Below, in pieces: positions 36,778-50,396 of a stretch of 64,000 bases of DNA. The translations under genes and the position numbers were made by a program. Within the stretch, counting starts at the first letter, position 1. Each line of letters begins with the position of its first letter. The stretch covers positions 22,756,001 to 22,820,000 of the forward strand of contig CM075988.1 in NCBI GenBank assembly GCA_038087875.1, read 5' to 3'. Origin of the DNA: Malacoraja senta. Taxonomy: Eukaryota. The notes under the pieces are model-generated. The model did not search any database, was not told the origin of the DNA, and saw only the letters and a program-made list of their open reading frames with translations.

Positions 36778-37926
36778 TTTTTTTTTTTTGATATAATTTT
36801 TTTATTAGAAGCAAACATATTACAGTGTAGAGTAACATATTATAATAGAATAGAAGAAACTTTTCATATACATCAATCATTCGTACATTATTAAATTTGT
36901 CAATTGTCAGTTAATTCTGCTTCTAGTGTTTTTTTTATATAGATAGAAAAAGAAAAATAGAGAGAAAGAAGAGAAAGAATGAAGAATTTCAATATCAAAA
37001 AAGAAAAAAAGGTGGAATGAATTACTTATAATACGTCATAGGAGATAAGTTCGTATGTTATGAAATATAATTACATCTAATCCTGAGTTCAAGCTTCAGT
37101 CGGGCTTTCGCGCTGGGCCACTCTATCCCTTCAAATAGGCAATGAATGGAGCCCATATTTTAACAAAAAGTTCTTGCTTGTCCATTAAGACGAGTCTAAT
37201 TCTTTCTAGATGTAGGGTCTCCGACATTTCCACAATCCACATTTTAATTGTGGGGGTTGTAGGGCCTTTCCAGAATTTTAATATTAATTTTTCCCCTGTT
37301 ATTATACTGTAGTCAAGGAAGTTTCTTTGGCTTGTTGTGAGTGTTAAACTTTGTTCTGATATCCCAAGTATTATTAATTTTGAGTCTGGAGCTAGTTTGG
37401 TATTAACAACTTCGGAGATTATTTGAAAAATATCAGTCCAGTAATTTTTAATTTTTATACAATTTGCAAAGGTATGTGTTAAATTGGCCTCTAGATGCAG
37501 GCATTTATCACATATAGGTGAAATATGTGGGAAAATTCTATTTAGTTTTATTTTGGAATAATGTAATCTGTGTAAGACTTTAAATTGTATTAAAGCATGT
37601 CTGGCATTTAACGAACATTGATGTATATGTTGTAAACTTTCGTCCCAAATATCTTTCGTAATAGGATAACCTAACTCATTTTCCCATTTATGTCTATATA
37701 GTTCCATCGGTGGTTCCTCATTATTTAAGAGAATGTTATAAATATAAGCTATTAATTTTTCAGTGTTAGGATGCTTATTCAAACATTCATCAAGAATTTC
37801 TGGTTCCCTAGTCCTATAAACTTGTGTATTGGATTTAACATAATCTCTAATTTGTAAATATCTGAAAAAGTTATTTGAGTGTAGTCCATGATTCTGTTGT
37901 AACTCTTGAAATGACAGAAAGATGCC
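36778..37926 (-). mobile_element. 5'-truncated L1-clade LINE (ORF2 C-terminal cysteine-rich region, 3' UTR and poly(A))
   Basis: KWENELG...LIQFKVLHRLH...CDKC......THTFANC; poly(A) seen as the T-run at about 36777-36789; 10-bp TSD TTGTATTTCT at 36768-36777 and 37927-37936. Confidence 0.9.
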
Positions 37927-38499
37927 TTGTATTTCTGACTAACATTTTTTATTTCTGACAATTGTCCCTTCCTTGTGACTTGTTGGGTAAGATATTGTTG
38001 CCTAGGCGGGATTTTATTTTAATGAGCTTGCATGGTCTGTAAAAAAAGAAGCAAATTCTGACTAAGCTGCATTCAAAGTTTTCCATTGCAGTAGGTAGTT
38101 CCATGAGTAATGCATTGTTATCATCTTACTGAAATGTTCATTTCATGCTCTGAGCACTTGTACATCGAGAATGACACTGCAGTCTAAACAGCAATACCTA
38201 CAGTAATAAATGTAATGTTTTCAATCTCTAATTACATTAATTGTAACCATGTATAGTATGAACAAAGTGAATGATTAGAATTTTCTTTCTGATCTATTCT
38301 TGCATTTTGTCATTGATCCTCTTACAAGTTATTAAGTCAGCTGTCTTGTGGCTTACGATTCCTGATCCATGATGCATCAACATATATACTTTCAGTTCGG
38401 TTTGAAGCTACGTAAAAATCCAGAGTTAAGCTCCCACTTTTTGAAGGAGGTAAATGTCCTTCAACACATGATAGCATGAATTAATGATCAAATCACTTT

Positions 38500-38635
38500 T
38501 CAAGTCACTTTTATTTCTATAGTACATTTTAAAAACAACTCTCCTTGACCAAAGTGCTTTACATTGTTGGAGGCACTAACGTTATACAACATTGGTTCAT
38601 AGATTATGTACAAACATAAATACATACATGTTTGT
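38500..38635 (-). mobile_element. L2-like LINE 3' end
   Basis: caagtcacttttatttctatagtacatttt...aaagtgctttaca; same family as 62007-62245. Confidence 0.6.
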
Positions 38636-38714
38636 ATATGATGAATGATGAATTTTTAACTTGTAAGTATGCTGAAGCTCTCTACCATCATCAAATTTAA
38701 GTGAGTTTAGAGTT

Positions 38715-39035
38715 TGGTTTAGATATTAGAAATACAGCATTGAAACAGGCCTTTGGCCCACTGAGTCCATGCCGACCATTGATCACCCGTTCACACTAGA
38801 TCAACGTTATCCCACTTTCTCATCCACACCCTACATGTTAGGGACAATTTTATAGAGGCCAATTAACCTACAAAGTCTTTGAGATGTGGGCAGAAACTGA
38901 AGCACCAAGAGGAAACCCAAGCAGTCACAAGGAGAATATAAAAACTCTAAATAGACAGCACCCAAGGTCAGTATCAAGCTTGGGTCTCTGGTGCTGTGAG
39001 GCAGCAGCTCTACCAGCTGCACAACTGTGCTGCCT
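38715..39035 (-). mobile_element. tRNA-derived SINE
   Basis: Homologous to 4825-5125 along its length. Confidence 0.8.
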
Positions 39036-39860
39036 TCATTTGAACTTTTAGGAAAATTCATATTTTTCAGAGCCTTGAACAAAAGCATATGAACATGAAA
39101 GAATATTGATTAAAAGTCCATTTGACTGGAAAAAGTTCTTGAAGCTCTGCTTGCAGTGGTAAAGTGTTAGCCAATTTTAGCGAGTGTTGTCTTGAGCAAG
39201 GGAACAGATAGTAATACCTTAGTGCAGTGAACTGTATCACTGGCTTGATTGAATGGAATTACGTGCACATAAACAAAGTAGAAGTTGAAGTCAGTTATTC
39301 CATCAATTATTGGGGAAGAAAAAAAAGCATTTCTGTTGTAGAGTGTGTGAATCAGTCAGTGTTTCTTGCAATCCTTCAATGCTTGTTGAATGATTTTGTG
39401 ATGTGCTGTCAAATTCTTGAATGTTTGAAGATTGTTAGTTACTCAGACTGTTGATATACTTCGATCTGCTGAGAGTGACCAGTATATATTTCCAGAGAAA
39501 GAGGCCAAGAGAGTAAATGGCTTTTATTTGCTAATAAAACAAGCCAGGTGTTACATTCTGGCTTTTCTGGAAAATGATTGATTTGTTTTAGAGCACAAAG
39601 GCTACTTTCATAAGCACGCAGACTCTTTTAAACTGAGATCAACATATTTATATATGGCCCCGAGTAGAAAATATTGATGTGGGACTGATAAGTATTTGTT
39701 CATTGCAATATATCCCAATGAAGATCACGTTCATCTGTCTATTGCAAGAGATTTTAAATATCATGCAAGAAGACCATTTCCATTTCAGGCAAAAATAAAC
39801 AGATTTATTTAAAATTAGATTTGTGCACAGAGACAAATAATTTAATAACTAGTCACTGGT

Positions 39861-40977
39861 TAACACAATCATCCCCTCCAAGCTGGTTACCAAACTCGCA
39901 GAACTGGGTCTCTGCGCATCCCTCTGCAATTGGATCCTCGACTTCCTCACTCTCAGACCACAGTCTGTTCGTATTGGTGGAAATGTGTCAGACTCGATAA
40001 CAATTAGCACGGGAGCACCTCAAGGCTGCATGCTCAGTCCCCTGCTGTACTCACTCTATACTCATGACTGCGTAGCCGGACATAGTGCAAACTCCATCAT
40101 CAAGTTCGCTGATGACACCACTGTTGTGGGACGTATCACTGATGGGGATGAGTCAGAGTATAGAAGAGAGATCGAGCAACTGTCCATATGGTGCCAGCAC
40201 AACAACCTGGCCCTCAACACCAGCAAAACCAAGGAACTGATTGTGGACTTTGGAAGGAGTAGGATGGGGACCCACAGTCCCGTTTATATCAACGGGTCGA
40301 TGGTTGAAAGGGTCAAGAGCTTCAAATTCCTGGGCGTGCACATCTCTGAAGATCTTTCCTGGTCCGAGAACAATGATGCCATTATTAAGAAAGCACATCA
40401 GCGCCTCTACTTCCTGAGAAGATTACGGAGAGTCGGTTTGTCAAGGAGGACTCTCTCTAACTTCTACAGGTGCACAGTAGAGAGCATGCTGACCGGTTGC
40501 ATCGTGGCTTGGTTCGGCAACTTGAGTGCACTGGAGAGGAAAAGACTATAAAAATTAGTAAACACTGCCCAGTCCATCATCGGCTCTGACGTCCCTTCCG
40601 TCGAGGGGATCTACCACAGTCGCTGCCTCAAAAAGGCTGGCAGCATCATCAAGGACCCACACCATCCTGGCCACACACTCATCTCCCTACTACCTTCAGG
40701 TAGAAGGTACAGGAGCCTGAAGACTGCAACGACCAGGTTCAGGAACAGCTACTTCCCCACAGCCATCAGGCTATTAAACCTGGCTCGGACATAACACTGA
40801 ACTTTACTAGCCAATACTGTTATTTGCACTTTATCAGTATATTGACCATTGTGTATATATTTATAGAATGCCTTGTAGTAAATGCCTACTATGTTCTGTT
40901 GTGCTCAAGCAAAGCAAGAATTTCATTGTCCTACCAGGGACACATGACAATAAACTCACTTGACTTGACTTGACTTG
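39861..40977 (+). mobile_element. Young 5'-truncated Rex1/Babar-like LINE with (ACTTG)n tail
   Basis: [32 protein letters not shown] and [13 protein letters not shown]; one premature stop at 40549-40551. The empty-site version of the flank is visible at 33604-33625. Confidence 0.92.
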
Positions 40978-41095
40978 GTATCTTTAACACATTGAATAGA
41001 TATTTTTGTTAAATATTTTTTTCACCAACATTCCGTGAATTGAAATTCAGTCCATTCAGGGACTCCATCTGGACAGGATTGAAAATGTTATTCAT

Positions 41096-41169
41096 TGTAT
41101 TAAGATATAAGTGTTGTGTATTACTGTAATTTACCGTACTTCTAATAAAAATAATTAAAAAAAAAAAAA
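41096..41169 (+). mobile_element. 74-bp L1-type 3' end insertion with poly(A) and 15-bp TSD
   Basis: TSD GAAAATGTTATTCAT at 41081-41095 and 41170-41184; cttctaataaaaa followed by poly(A) resembles the 3' end of the L1 at 36778. Confidence 0.85.
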
Positions 41170-42337
41170 GAAAATGTTATTCATGCCCAGTTTCAGTTTC
41201 TTTAAATCATATTTCAGTGTAGAAAAGGTTCACAATTCATTCAACATTAAAGATACAATATTATTATTGTTAATTGGGCACTACAAATAAATTTGCATGA
41301 TATACTATGGTAACAAGGTTGTGCAGGAGGATTTTCTAATCACATAAATGTAAAGAATTGGCTGGCCTTTATTGTAGTCAAGTACAGCAATCATACATAA
41401 TTCCAGAAAATGCATGAGTGGCATAAGCTTAGTCTATATGATCTACTGTTGTGATGGGAACTCTTAATAAGCAGTTTTGAATGGACTTGCGTTGACTGAA
41501 CTGCTGCCAGAATTGACATTTTGGACTGAGGAGTGAGCTCTCTATTTCTCCAATGATTGCGTGGACATTGTGGCATGGTCATGCGGAAAAAAGTGTAGTT
41601 GGAGCTCCCCTCCTTTCAAAGAAAGTATAAGACATTACCCGCAAAATCCACACACACAAGGTTCACTGTTGATTAATCCATTATTGTCTTCCACGCTGTA
41701 TTTCTCAATAATGATCCAGGAAAGGATTAGGCTTTAGGTCCCTTCAAGTGGAACCCCAGCAGGCCTTCTTTAAAATCTGTTTTTAAGATTGAGGCCAACT
41801 TTGTTTCTCAGTCATGTATATGAATTTTAGCGTTTTTAGCGATGATGTCAAATATGCAATGCATGCATGTAGATGTTGTTGCATGGCAAAAGGTCTTGTG
41901 CATTGATATTTTGGAATGTTGAATTGGCTTTTAATATGTATTTTATGTACTTGGCAGTGCTAGAGTGATCAGTTTTATGCTTAATTCAGTTGTGTAGTGT
42001 ATGAAAAAATATAGGCCTTTGAATTTCTAAGCCAGGGAGTTTAACTAAAGGTCTATTTTTTGTAAGAGAGTGTATTAATCTTGTTTCTATATAAAATAGG
42101 TGTTACGATTAGTTTATTTCTACCTTGTGTCACATGATTTAAGATAAAGTCAGTTGGAAAGTTATACAAGTAAACTGAGCACATACCATTTTGAGCGGGA
42201 TAATGTCCCTAATGGAATTTTCTATTTGTTCTGTACTCTCAACAGTGGGTGCAGGTAGTTCTGCCATAGTGTACATCTTCGTAACATAATTTGGATTTAA
42301 CAGGATTGATGAATTAGAGATCTCCATTTATATGATG

Positions 42338-42541
42338 GTACACAAAAATGCTGGAGAAACTCAGCGGGTGCGGCAGCATCTATGGAGCGAAGGAAATAGG
42401 CAACGTTTCGGGCCGAAACCCTTCTTCAGACGTCTGAAGAACGGTTTCGGCCCGAAACATTGCCTATTTCCTTCGCTCCATAGATGCTGCTGCACCCGCT
42501 GAGTTTCTCCAGCATTTTTGTGTACCTTCGATTTTCCAGCA
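42338..42541. mobile_element. Palindromic PLE-terminus mini-element with 12-bp TSD
   Basis: Inverted arms of about 93 bp centred on cagacgtctg; flanked by ATTTATATGATG at 42326-42337 and 42542-42553. Confidence 0.88.
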
Positions 42542-43370
42542 ATTTATATGATGCAGGCTGTATTGGTATTTCACTGCTATCAGGAACTAGAATTTCTTAG
42601 GAAATTGACAAGCAGAGAAAAAAGCTGAATTGGAAAAAAAACAGTTGAGAATGTTTCCATGTAGCCTTCACACAATAATCAGATGCCATTATCTCTTCAG
42701 AATAGTCTGTTAGTTTCACCATGGGTGGTCGTTGAAATTGATAAGAATTGCTTCTTTTGACATTGTGCAATTATCCTTTATTAAACAATGCAATATAGAG
42801 CCACTGGTAATTTTACCTTGCATTAACAAAGTAAAATTGTATCCTCTAACTTGCTCTGATGGTACTATAGGAAGTCTATTAACTGTGTGATATCAATAAT
42901 AATAGGTCATATTATTTTGTGACATGAAAGGTTGTGTACTAATTATCCTCTTTGGAAAAGGAAGGTGTACAAATTATGGTGTCCACCTTTCAGGATATTG
43001 GTGCTGGAAGAGATGCTGCACCCAATAGTCTTTATCTCACTAACTTGGAAGAATGCTTTTAACAATGGTGAACACCTAATCAATTTTAATAGTCTCTTTG
43101 AATCCTTTTGTAATTTGCACGATTTTTCTCCTGTGATGGGTGGAATTGACATATCCATGACATATCCATTGGTGTCAGCTTAAAATACCTGCACCTTATC
43201 GAGTAGCCATGGGATTTTGTTGTGGAAGTGTTAGTGACATGAGTAGGGATTAATTGCCAGAGTAATACGCTGCAGTCAGATGCTCCTGTTGTCTGATAAT
43301 AAAAGGATGTATGGGGAAAGGGCCATAATCACCTGCAGCTTTTGCAAGATTTGCAGGAAATACAATTTAA

Positions 43371-43571
<201 letters not shown>

Positions 43572-43809
43572 TAAGGATTAATTTCCAGCTATTCTAATAA
43601 ACTATTACAATTGGGTATATTAGTTGTACTGATTTTACTGGAACTTAATAATGTAACTAATATTGTGACTAAACCGCTTATCATTAAAAGTCATTTTACA
43701 AAGTTGGAAGACTACAAAACCTGAAACATGATCAAGAAATTATAGAAATAATAAGCCAGTCAGACAATATCCATGAGAAAGAAAAACTCTTGATTTTTAT
43801 CTTTGAATA

Positions 43810-45870
43810 TAATATAACTGGGAAGGATGCGCCTGGTCAGGCTCGAGGGATTTATCCTCTTTTCACGCACTTCAAGAACACTCTTCTACACCTCATTCAT
43901 AATGTTTCAGGATATCACTGTTCCCCTCCATGAACTCAATATCTTTCATGTCCTTTTACACAGTAAATATAGAGAAGAACCCATTTAAGACCTTATCCCA
44001 CACCACACATAGATTACCACATTGATCCTTAAGATCTACTTCTCTCCCCAGTTTACCCTTTTGATTTGAATATACTTGTTGAACCTTTTGAGATTTTCTT
44101 TTACCTTATCAGCCAATAATATCTCATGTCCCCATTTTGCCATTCTAATTTCTTATTAAGTGCAGAAGAGGTTTAGCAGAATGCTGCCTGGATTAGAGAA
44201 TATTAGCTAGAAGAAGAGGATGGACAAACTTGAATTGTTTTCTTTGGAGTGTCTGAAGCTGAAGGGAGACATGATAGAAGTATATAAAATGACGAGAGGC
44301 ATAAATTGGGTAGACAGTCAAAATCTTTTCACCAGGGTAGAAATGTTGATGACCAGAGGGCAAAATTTAAAGATATGATGGTAGGTTTTATACACAGAGA
44401 ATAGCGGGTGCCTTGAATACGCTGCCAGGGATGCTAGTGGAGATACGCTGGTGGCGTTAAAAAAGCTTTTAGATAGGCACATAGATATGCAGGGAATGGA
44501 GGGATGCGGAGGCAGATGAGATTATACTTGACTTTAGACAGCGTGGAAATCGGCCAGTTGGCCCACTGTGTCCAAGCCGACCAGCGATCATCCCGTACCC
44601 TAACACTATCCCATACACTCAGGACAGTTTACACTTTTTAACAAATGCCAAATAACCCTCAAACCTGTACATCTTTGGAGTTTAACTTGGTGTAATGTTC
44701 GGCACAGACATTGTGATGGAGGGCCTGTTTTATGTTCTATGCTCAAGTGTACTTCCACATCCCTTTTCCTGTTCAAGCGAATTGCTTGATCTCTGCTACC
44801 TAAACCTGCCATGTTCCTCTGTCATTTTCCTGACCAGAACTTCAATGTCCCTTGTTAACCAGGGTCCCATAATCTTCCCCTTCACTCTACAGGAACATGC
44901 TGACCCTGAACTCTTCCTATCTTACTTTTAAAAGTCTCACACTTACCCAAGGTCTCTTTACCAGATAACAGGCTTTCCCATTCAATCATTGCATGTTCCT
45001 GTCTGAAGGCTTCAAAATTAGCCTTGCCCCAATTTAGAATTTTGTTGTTGTTTTTTTTGCATAACTAGTTTAAAACTAATTGAATTATGGCCACTAGTGG
45101 GAGGTGGAAATGAGAACTGTCATAATGATTAAAAGCCCAGTCACCTAGGGGAGATGGTAACCCAGGGTTAAGTAAAAAGGAAGACTTCTCAGAACCACTG
45201 GTGTGGAAAGTCTTATCAGAACAGATGTGGATTCTGAGAAATTGGGAGAATAGATTGTTGTCCTCGAAGGAAGGATGCGTGGTCTAAATAGCTCTGGGAA
45301 TCTGACCCAAACTAACTGAAAAGAACATGGAGGTCACACAAGAACTGTATAAAACACCAGTTATCCGACAGCTGAAGGACTGTACACACTTCCAGTCAAC
45401 AAACTGAGGGAAACATAATAGCGTCAGGGAGGGTGCAGAGCTAATTCATGAAGTTGTTGCCAGGACGATTAAGGTTAAGATTAAGATTAAGAGGATAAAC
45501 TGTCCGTGTTGGATTTCATTCCACTGTAACAAAGAGAAATGAGAGAGATTTATTCATGTACCTAAAATTATGAGAAACTCCATTTCTCATATCAGAGGTC
45601 AGTAACTGAAGAACATAGCTGTGTTAATTAGTGGAAGAATTAAAGGGGATCTGAGAATTTCATTTGACTCAAACTGAGTGTGGTTGTGGAACTCGCTGGC
45701 TGAAACGATGGAGGTTAAGGTTAACCTCCATCTAACGCGATACCTCGTAAACGCTAGCAACATTTACAAAAAATGCCCAGAGGAACCGCACAGCAATGGA
45801 ACAAGAGTTAGGATGTAGAATTAACTAGTGTTAATAATGGTCCAAATGGCCTTATTCTGAGGTACAACTT
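43810..45870. mobile_element. Cluster of old CR1 fragments on both strands plus a partial SINE (about 44535-44680)
   Basis: RRFSRMLPGL..LF.LE..GDMIEVYK-like sequence at 44160-44520 (+); minus-strand CR1 ORF2 remnants at 43810-44155 and 44750-45100; a further degenerate 3' piece at 45300-45870. Confidence 0.6.
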
Positions 45871-46027
45871 CCTAGGGTTTCAGGTATGTAGCCACTCATC
45901 AAAAATTGATAAAGGACCTGAAATGTTAACTTTATTTCTCTCTCTGCAGATGCTGCCTGGTTTGCTATGTCCATATATTCTGTTTACTTCTTGTAAAAGA
46001 ACCACACTGTATAATTTCCTCAAAATG

Positions 46028-46144
<117 letters not shown>

Positions 46145-46559
46145 GCAAAACGTTATTTTGATTATAATTCTTGTGTGGGTTGAATAAAATTAATCTAGTG
46201 AAATCTACATTTTCTTAAATGTATCCAATTTTTCCATTGTCTTGTGCTCTGTTTTCATTGCATTGTCCAATTCTGGTCAGATTAAATATAAAAAAATTGT
46301 TTAAAGTGCATTTAGAATAAAAGCTGCTCTTACATTTAGAATGAAAGCAGATTATTTCAAAAAGATTATGTTATTACGTCAAGAGCATACCTTTTTCCAA
46401 AAACACTGTATAATACAATATAGAATAATACCATCTGACATGTCATCATCCCCACTCAATGCGCCAAACAATTCAGTTCATTCACATACAGTATTTTAAT
46501 GTCACTAATGTTTTATCCTTAAACAATGGATAAAACATTAGTGACCCTTAAATTTACCC

Positions 46560-49500
46560 TTAAACTGGGGAGACTTTAAAGTAGAATGGTTGGGGGGAGG
46601 GACTCAAATAGTGAATGCTATTAGACAGTGTGTGAGGCAGGAGGCAGAGAAGGAAAGCACTCAGACCCAACATGTAGAGGAGAAAGAAGAAAACAATAAT
46701 AAACAGAGAATAAGAGGTGGTGGGGTTCTTAAATGGGTGAGCAGAGAAACAGAGGGGTGTAAAATGTGGGCGGAAGCAATAGGTAGCAAGGTGAAAAGTA
46801 AAAGTGGCAGGCAGACAAATCCAGGGCAAAAATCAAAAAGGGCCACTTTTCAACATAATTGTATAAGGGGTAAGAGCGTTGTAAAAACAAGCCTGAAGGC
46901 TTTGTGTCTCAATGCAAGGAGCATTCGTAATAAGGTGGATGAGTTGAATGTGCAGATAGCAATTAATGATTATGATATAGTTGGGATCACGGAGACATGG
47001 CTCCAGGGTGACCAAGGCTGGGAGCTGAACATCCAGGGATATTCAATATTCAGGAGGGATAGAGAGAAAGGAAAAGGAGGTGGGGTAGCGTTGCTGGTTA
47101 GAGAGGAGATTAACGCAGTGGAAAGGAAGGACATTAGCTTGGAGGATGTGGAATCGGTATGGGTAGAGCTGTGAAACACTAAGGGGCAGAAAACGCTGGT
47201 GGGTGTTGTGTACAGGCCACCTAGCAGTAGTAGTGAAGTTGGGGATGGCATCAAACAGGAAATTAGAAATGCGTGCAACAAAGGCAAAACAGTTATAATG
47301 GGTGACTTCAATCTACATATAGATTGGGTGAATCAAATTGGCAGGGGTGCTGAGGAAGAGGATTTCTTGGAATGTATGCGGGATAGTTATCTAAACCAAC
47401 ATGTAGAGGAACCAACGAGAGAGCAGACTATTCTAGACTGGGTATTGAGTGATGAGGAAGGGTTAGTTAGCAGTCTTGTTGTGCGTGCCCCCTTGGGCAA
47501 GAGTGACCATAATATTGTTGAGTTCTTCATTAGGATGGAGAGTGACATTGTTAATTCAGAAACAACGGTTCTGAACTTAAAGAAAGGTAACTTTGAGGGT
47601 ATGAGACGTGAATTGGCCAAGATTGACTGGCAATTAGTTCTAAAAGGGTTGACGGTGGATATGCAATGGAAGGCATTTAAAGACTGCATGGATGAACTAC
47701 AAAAATTGTTCATCCCAGTTTGGCAAAAGAATAAATCAGGGAAGGTAGTGCATCCGTGGATAACAAGGGAAATCAGGGATAGTATCAAAGCAAAAGATGA
47801 TGCGTACAAATTAGCCAGAAAAAGCAGCATACCAGAGGACTGGGAGAAATTCAGAGACGAGCAGAGGAGGACAAAGGGCTTAATTAGGAAAGGGAAAATA
47901 GATTATGAAAGGAAACTGGCAGGGAACATAAAAACTGACTGCAAAAGTTTTTATAGATATGTGAAGAGAAAGAGATTAGTTAAAACAAATGTAGGTCCCT
48001 TGCAGTCAGAAACAGGTGAATTGATCATGGGGAACAAGGATATGGCGGACCAATTGAATAACTACTTTGGTTCCGTCTTCACTAAGGAAGACATAAATAA
48101 TCTGCCGGAAATAGCAGGGGGCCGTGGGTCAAAGGAGATGGAGGAACTGAGTTAAATCCAGGTTAGTCGGGAAGTGGTGTTGGGTAAATTGAATGGATTG
48201 AAGGCCGATAAATCACCAGGGCCAGATAGGCTGCATCCCAGAGTACTTAAGGAAGTAGCTCCAGAAATAGTGGATGCATTAGTGATAATTTTTCAAAAGT
48301 CTTTAGATTCTGGAGTAGTTCCTGAGGATTGGAGGGTAGCAAACGTAATCCCACTTTTTAAGAAGGGAGGGAGAGAGAAAATGGAGAATTACAGACCAGT
48401 TAGTCTAACATCGGTAGTGGGGAAACTGCTAGAGTCAGTTATTAAAGATGGGATAGCAGCACATTTGGAAAAGTGGTGAAATCATTGGACAAAGTCAGCA
48501 TGGATTTACGAAAGGTAAATCGTGTCTGACGAATCTTATAGAATTTTTTTAGGATGTAACGAGTAGAGTGGATAGGGGAGAACCAGTGGATGTGTTGTAT
48601 CTAGACTTTCAGAAGGCTTTCGACAAGGTATCACATAAGATTAGGATGCAAACTTAAATCACACGGTATTGGCGGTTCAGTATTGATGTGGATAGAGAAC
48701 TGGCTGGTAAACAGGAAGCAAAGAGTAGGAGTAAACGGGTCCTTTTCACAATGGCAGGCAGTGACTAGTGGGGTACCGCAAGGCTCAGTGCTGGGACCCC
48801 AGCTATTTACAATTTATATTAATGAACTGGATGAGGGAATTGAAAGCAACATCTCCAAGTTTGCGGATGACACTAAGCTGGGGGGCAGTGTTAGCTGTGA
48901 GGAGGATGCTAGGAGACTGCAAGGTGACTTGGATAGGCTGGGTGAGTGGGCAAATGTTTGGCAGATGCAGTATAATGTGGATAAATGTGAGGTTATCCAC
49001 TTTGGTGGCAAAAACGGGAAGGCAGACTATTATCTAAATGGTGGCCGATTAGGAAATGGGGAGATGCAGCGAGACCTGGGTGTCATGGTACACCAGTATT
49101 TGAAAGTAGGCATGCAGGTGCAGCAGGCAGTGAAGAAAGCGAATGGTATGTTGGCCTTCATAGCAAGAGGATTTGAGTATAGGAGCAGGGAGGTTCTACT
49201 GCAGTTGTACAGGGTCTTGGTGAGACCACTCCTGGAGTATTGCGTACAGTTTTGGTCTCCAAATCTGAGGAAGGACATTATAGCCATAGAGGGAGTGCAG
49301 AGAAGGTTCACCAGACTGATTCCTGGGATGTCAGGACTTTCATATGAAGAAAGACTGGATAGACTTGGCTTATACTCGCTAGAATTTAGGAGATTGAGAG
49401 GGGATCTTATAGAAACGTACAAAATTCTTATGGGGTTGGACAGGCTAGATGCAGGAAGATTGTTCCCGATGTTGGGGAAGTCCAGGACAAGGGGTCACAG

Positions 49501-49797
49501 CTTAAGGATAAGGGGGAAATCCTTTAAGACCGAGATGAGGAAAAACTTTTTCACACAGAGAGTGGTGAATTTCTGGAATTCTCTGCCACAGAGGGTAGTT
49601 GAGGCCAGTTCATTGGCTATATTTAAGAGGGAGTTAGATGTGGCCCTTGTGGCTAAGGGGATCAGGGGGTATGGAGAGAAGGCAGGTACGGGATACTGAG
49701 TTGGATGATCAGCCATGATCATATTGAATGGCGGTGCAGGCTCGAAGAGCCGAATGGCCTACTCCTGCACCTATTTTCTATGTATCTATGTATCTAA
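46560..49797 (+). mobile_element. CR1-clade LINE with near-complete but disrupted ORF2 (AP endonuclease and RT) and 3' UTR
   Basis: AP endonuclease motifs CLNARSI, GITETWL, VVYRPP, MGDFN and SDHN; RT motifs KSPGPD, YRPVSLTS, SGVPQGSVLGP and KFADDTKL. Stops at 47172 and 48153, with further lesions near 48470-48660; tail (tatgtatc)n. Confidence 0.95.
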
Positions 49798-50396
49798 TGC
49801 ACCAGTGAAACACTTGAGAGGCTGTTACCAAAGGCTCAGACCTTGTTTGTCCAATGGTGACAGGGCCCTGGATTGTGGTCTTTACCCACTGATACAGTGG
49901 CTGCATCCGGCATGTATTTCTGCACCCATATTGTCAGTCAGCATGATTCACCTGTGGACATCTCCCTGCGCTGGAAGGTGAGCAAGGTTGAGGCAGACCA
50001 AAGTGGGTCTGTCATTGAGTAGATAATATGCGTCTCGGAGAATAGCCCATAGAGCACATTTTCCTCTGATACACATCTGCTCAGGAGTAATCTTGACAAA
50101 GACCACTCCATCTCTTTCCAGGCATTATCATTGAACATAAAAATCACATTTTAATAAAAACGAATGTGATAGTTAAAGTCAGCAATTCTTCAATACGGAA
50201 GAAATGTGCACTAAAGATTTTTTTATTGCATGGGTGTTTTTCCCTTCTAGTGAGTTACATGTGGAATGAAAGGCATTAGCTTGCATCACAAAAGTCTTTG
50301 TGAAATGCTTTTTAATCTGTTACACCAAATAATATGAGACCAAAAATAATATATCATGTAATGATGCATTTCTACTTTTCTTTCATGATTTTAAAA

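Noticed and set aside
41391..41715. Possible transposase remnant on the minus strand
   Set aside because: There is only a vague LRVPITTV resemblance to a hAT dimerisation motif, with stops; this cannot be supported without a search.
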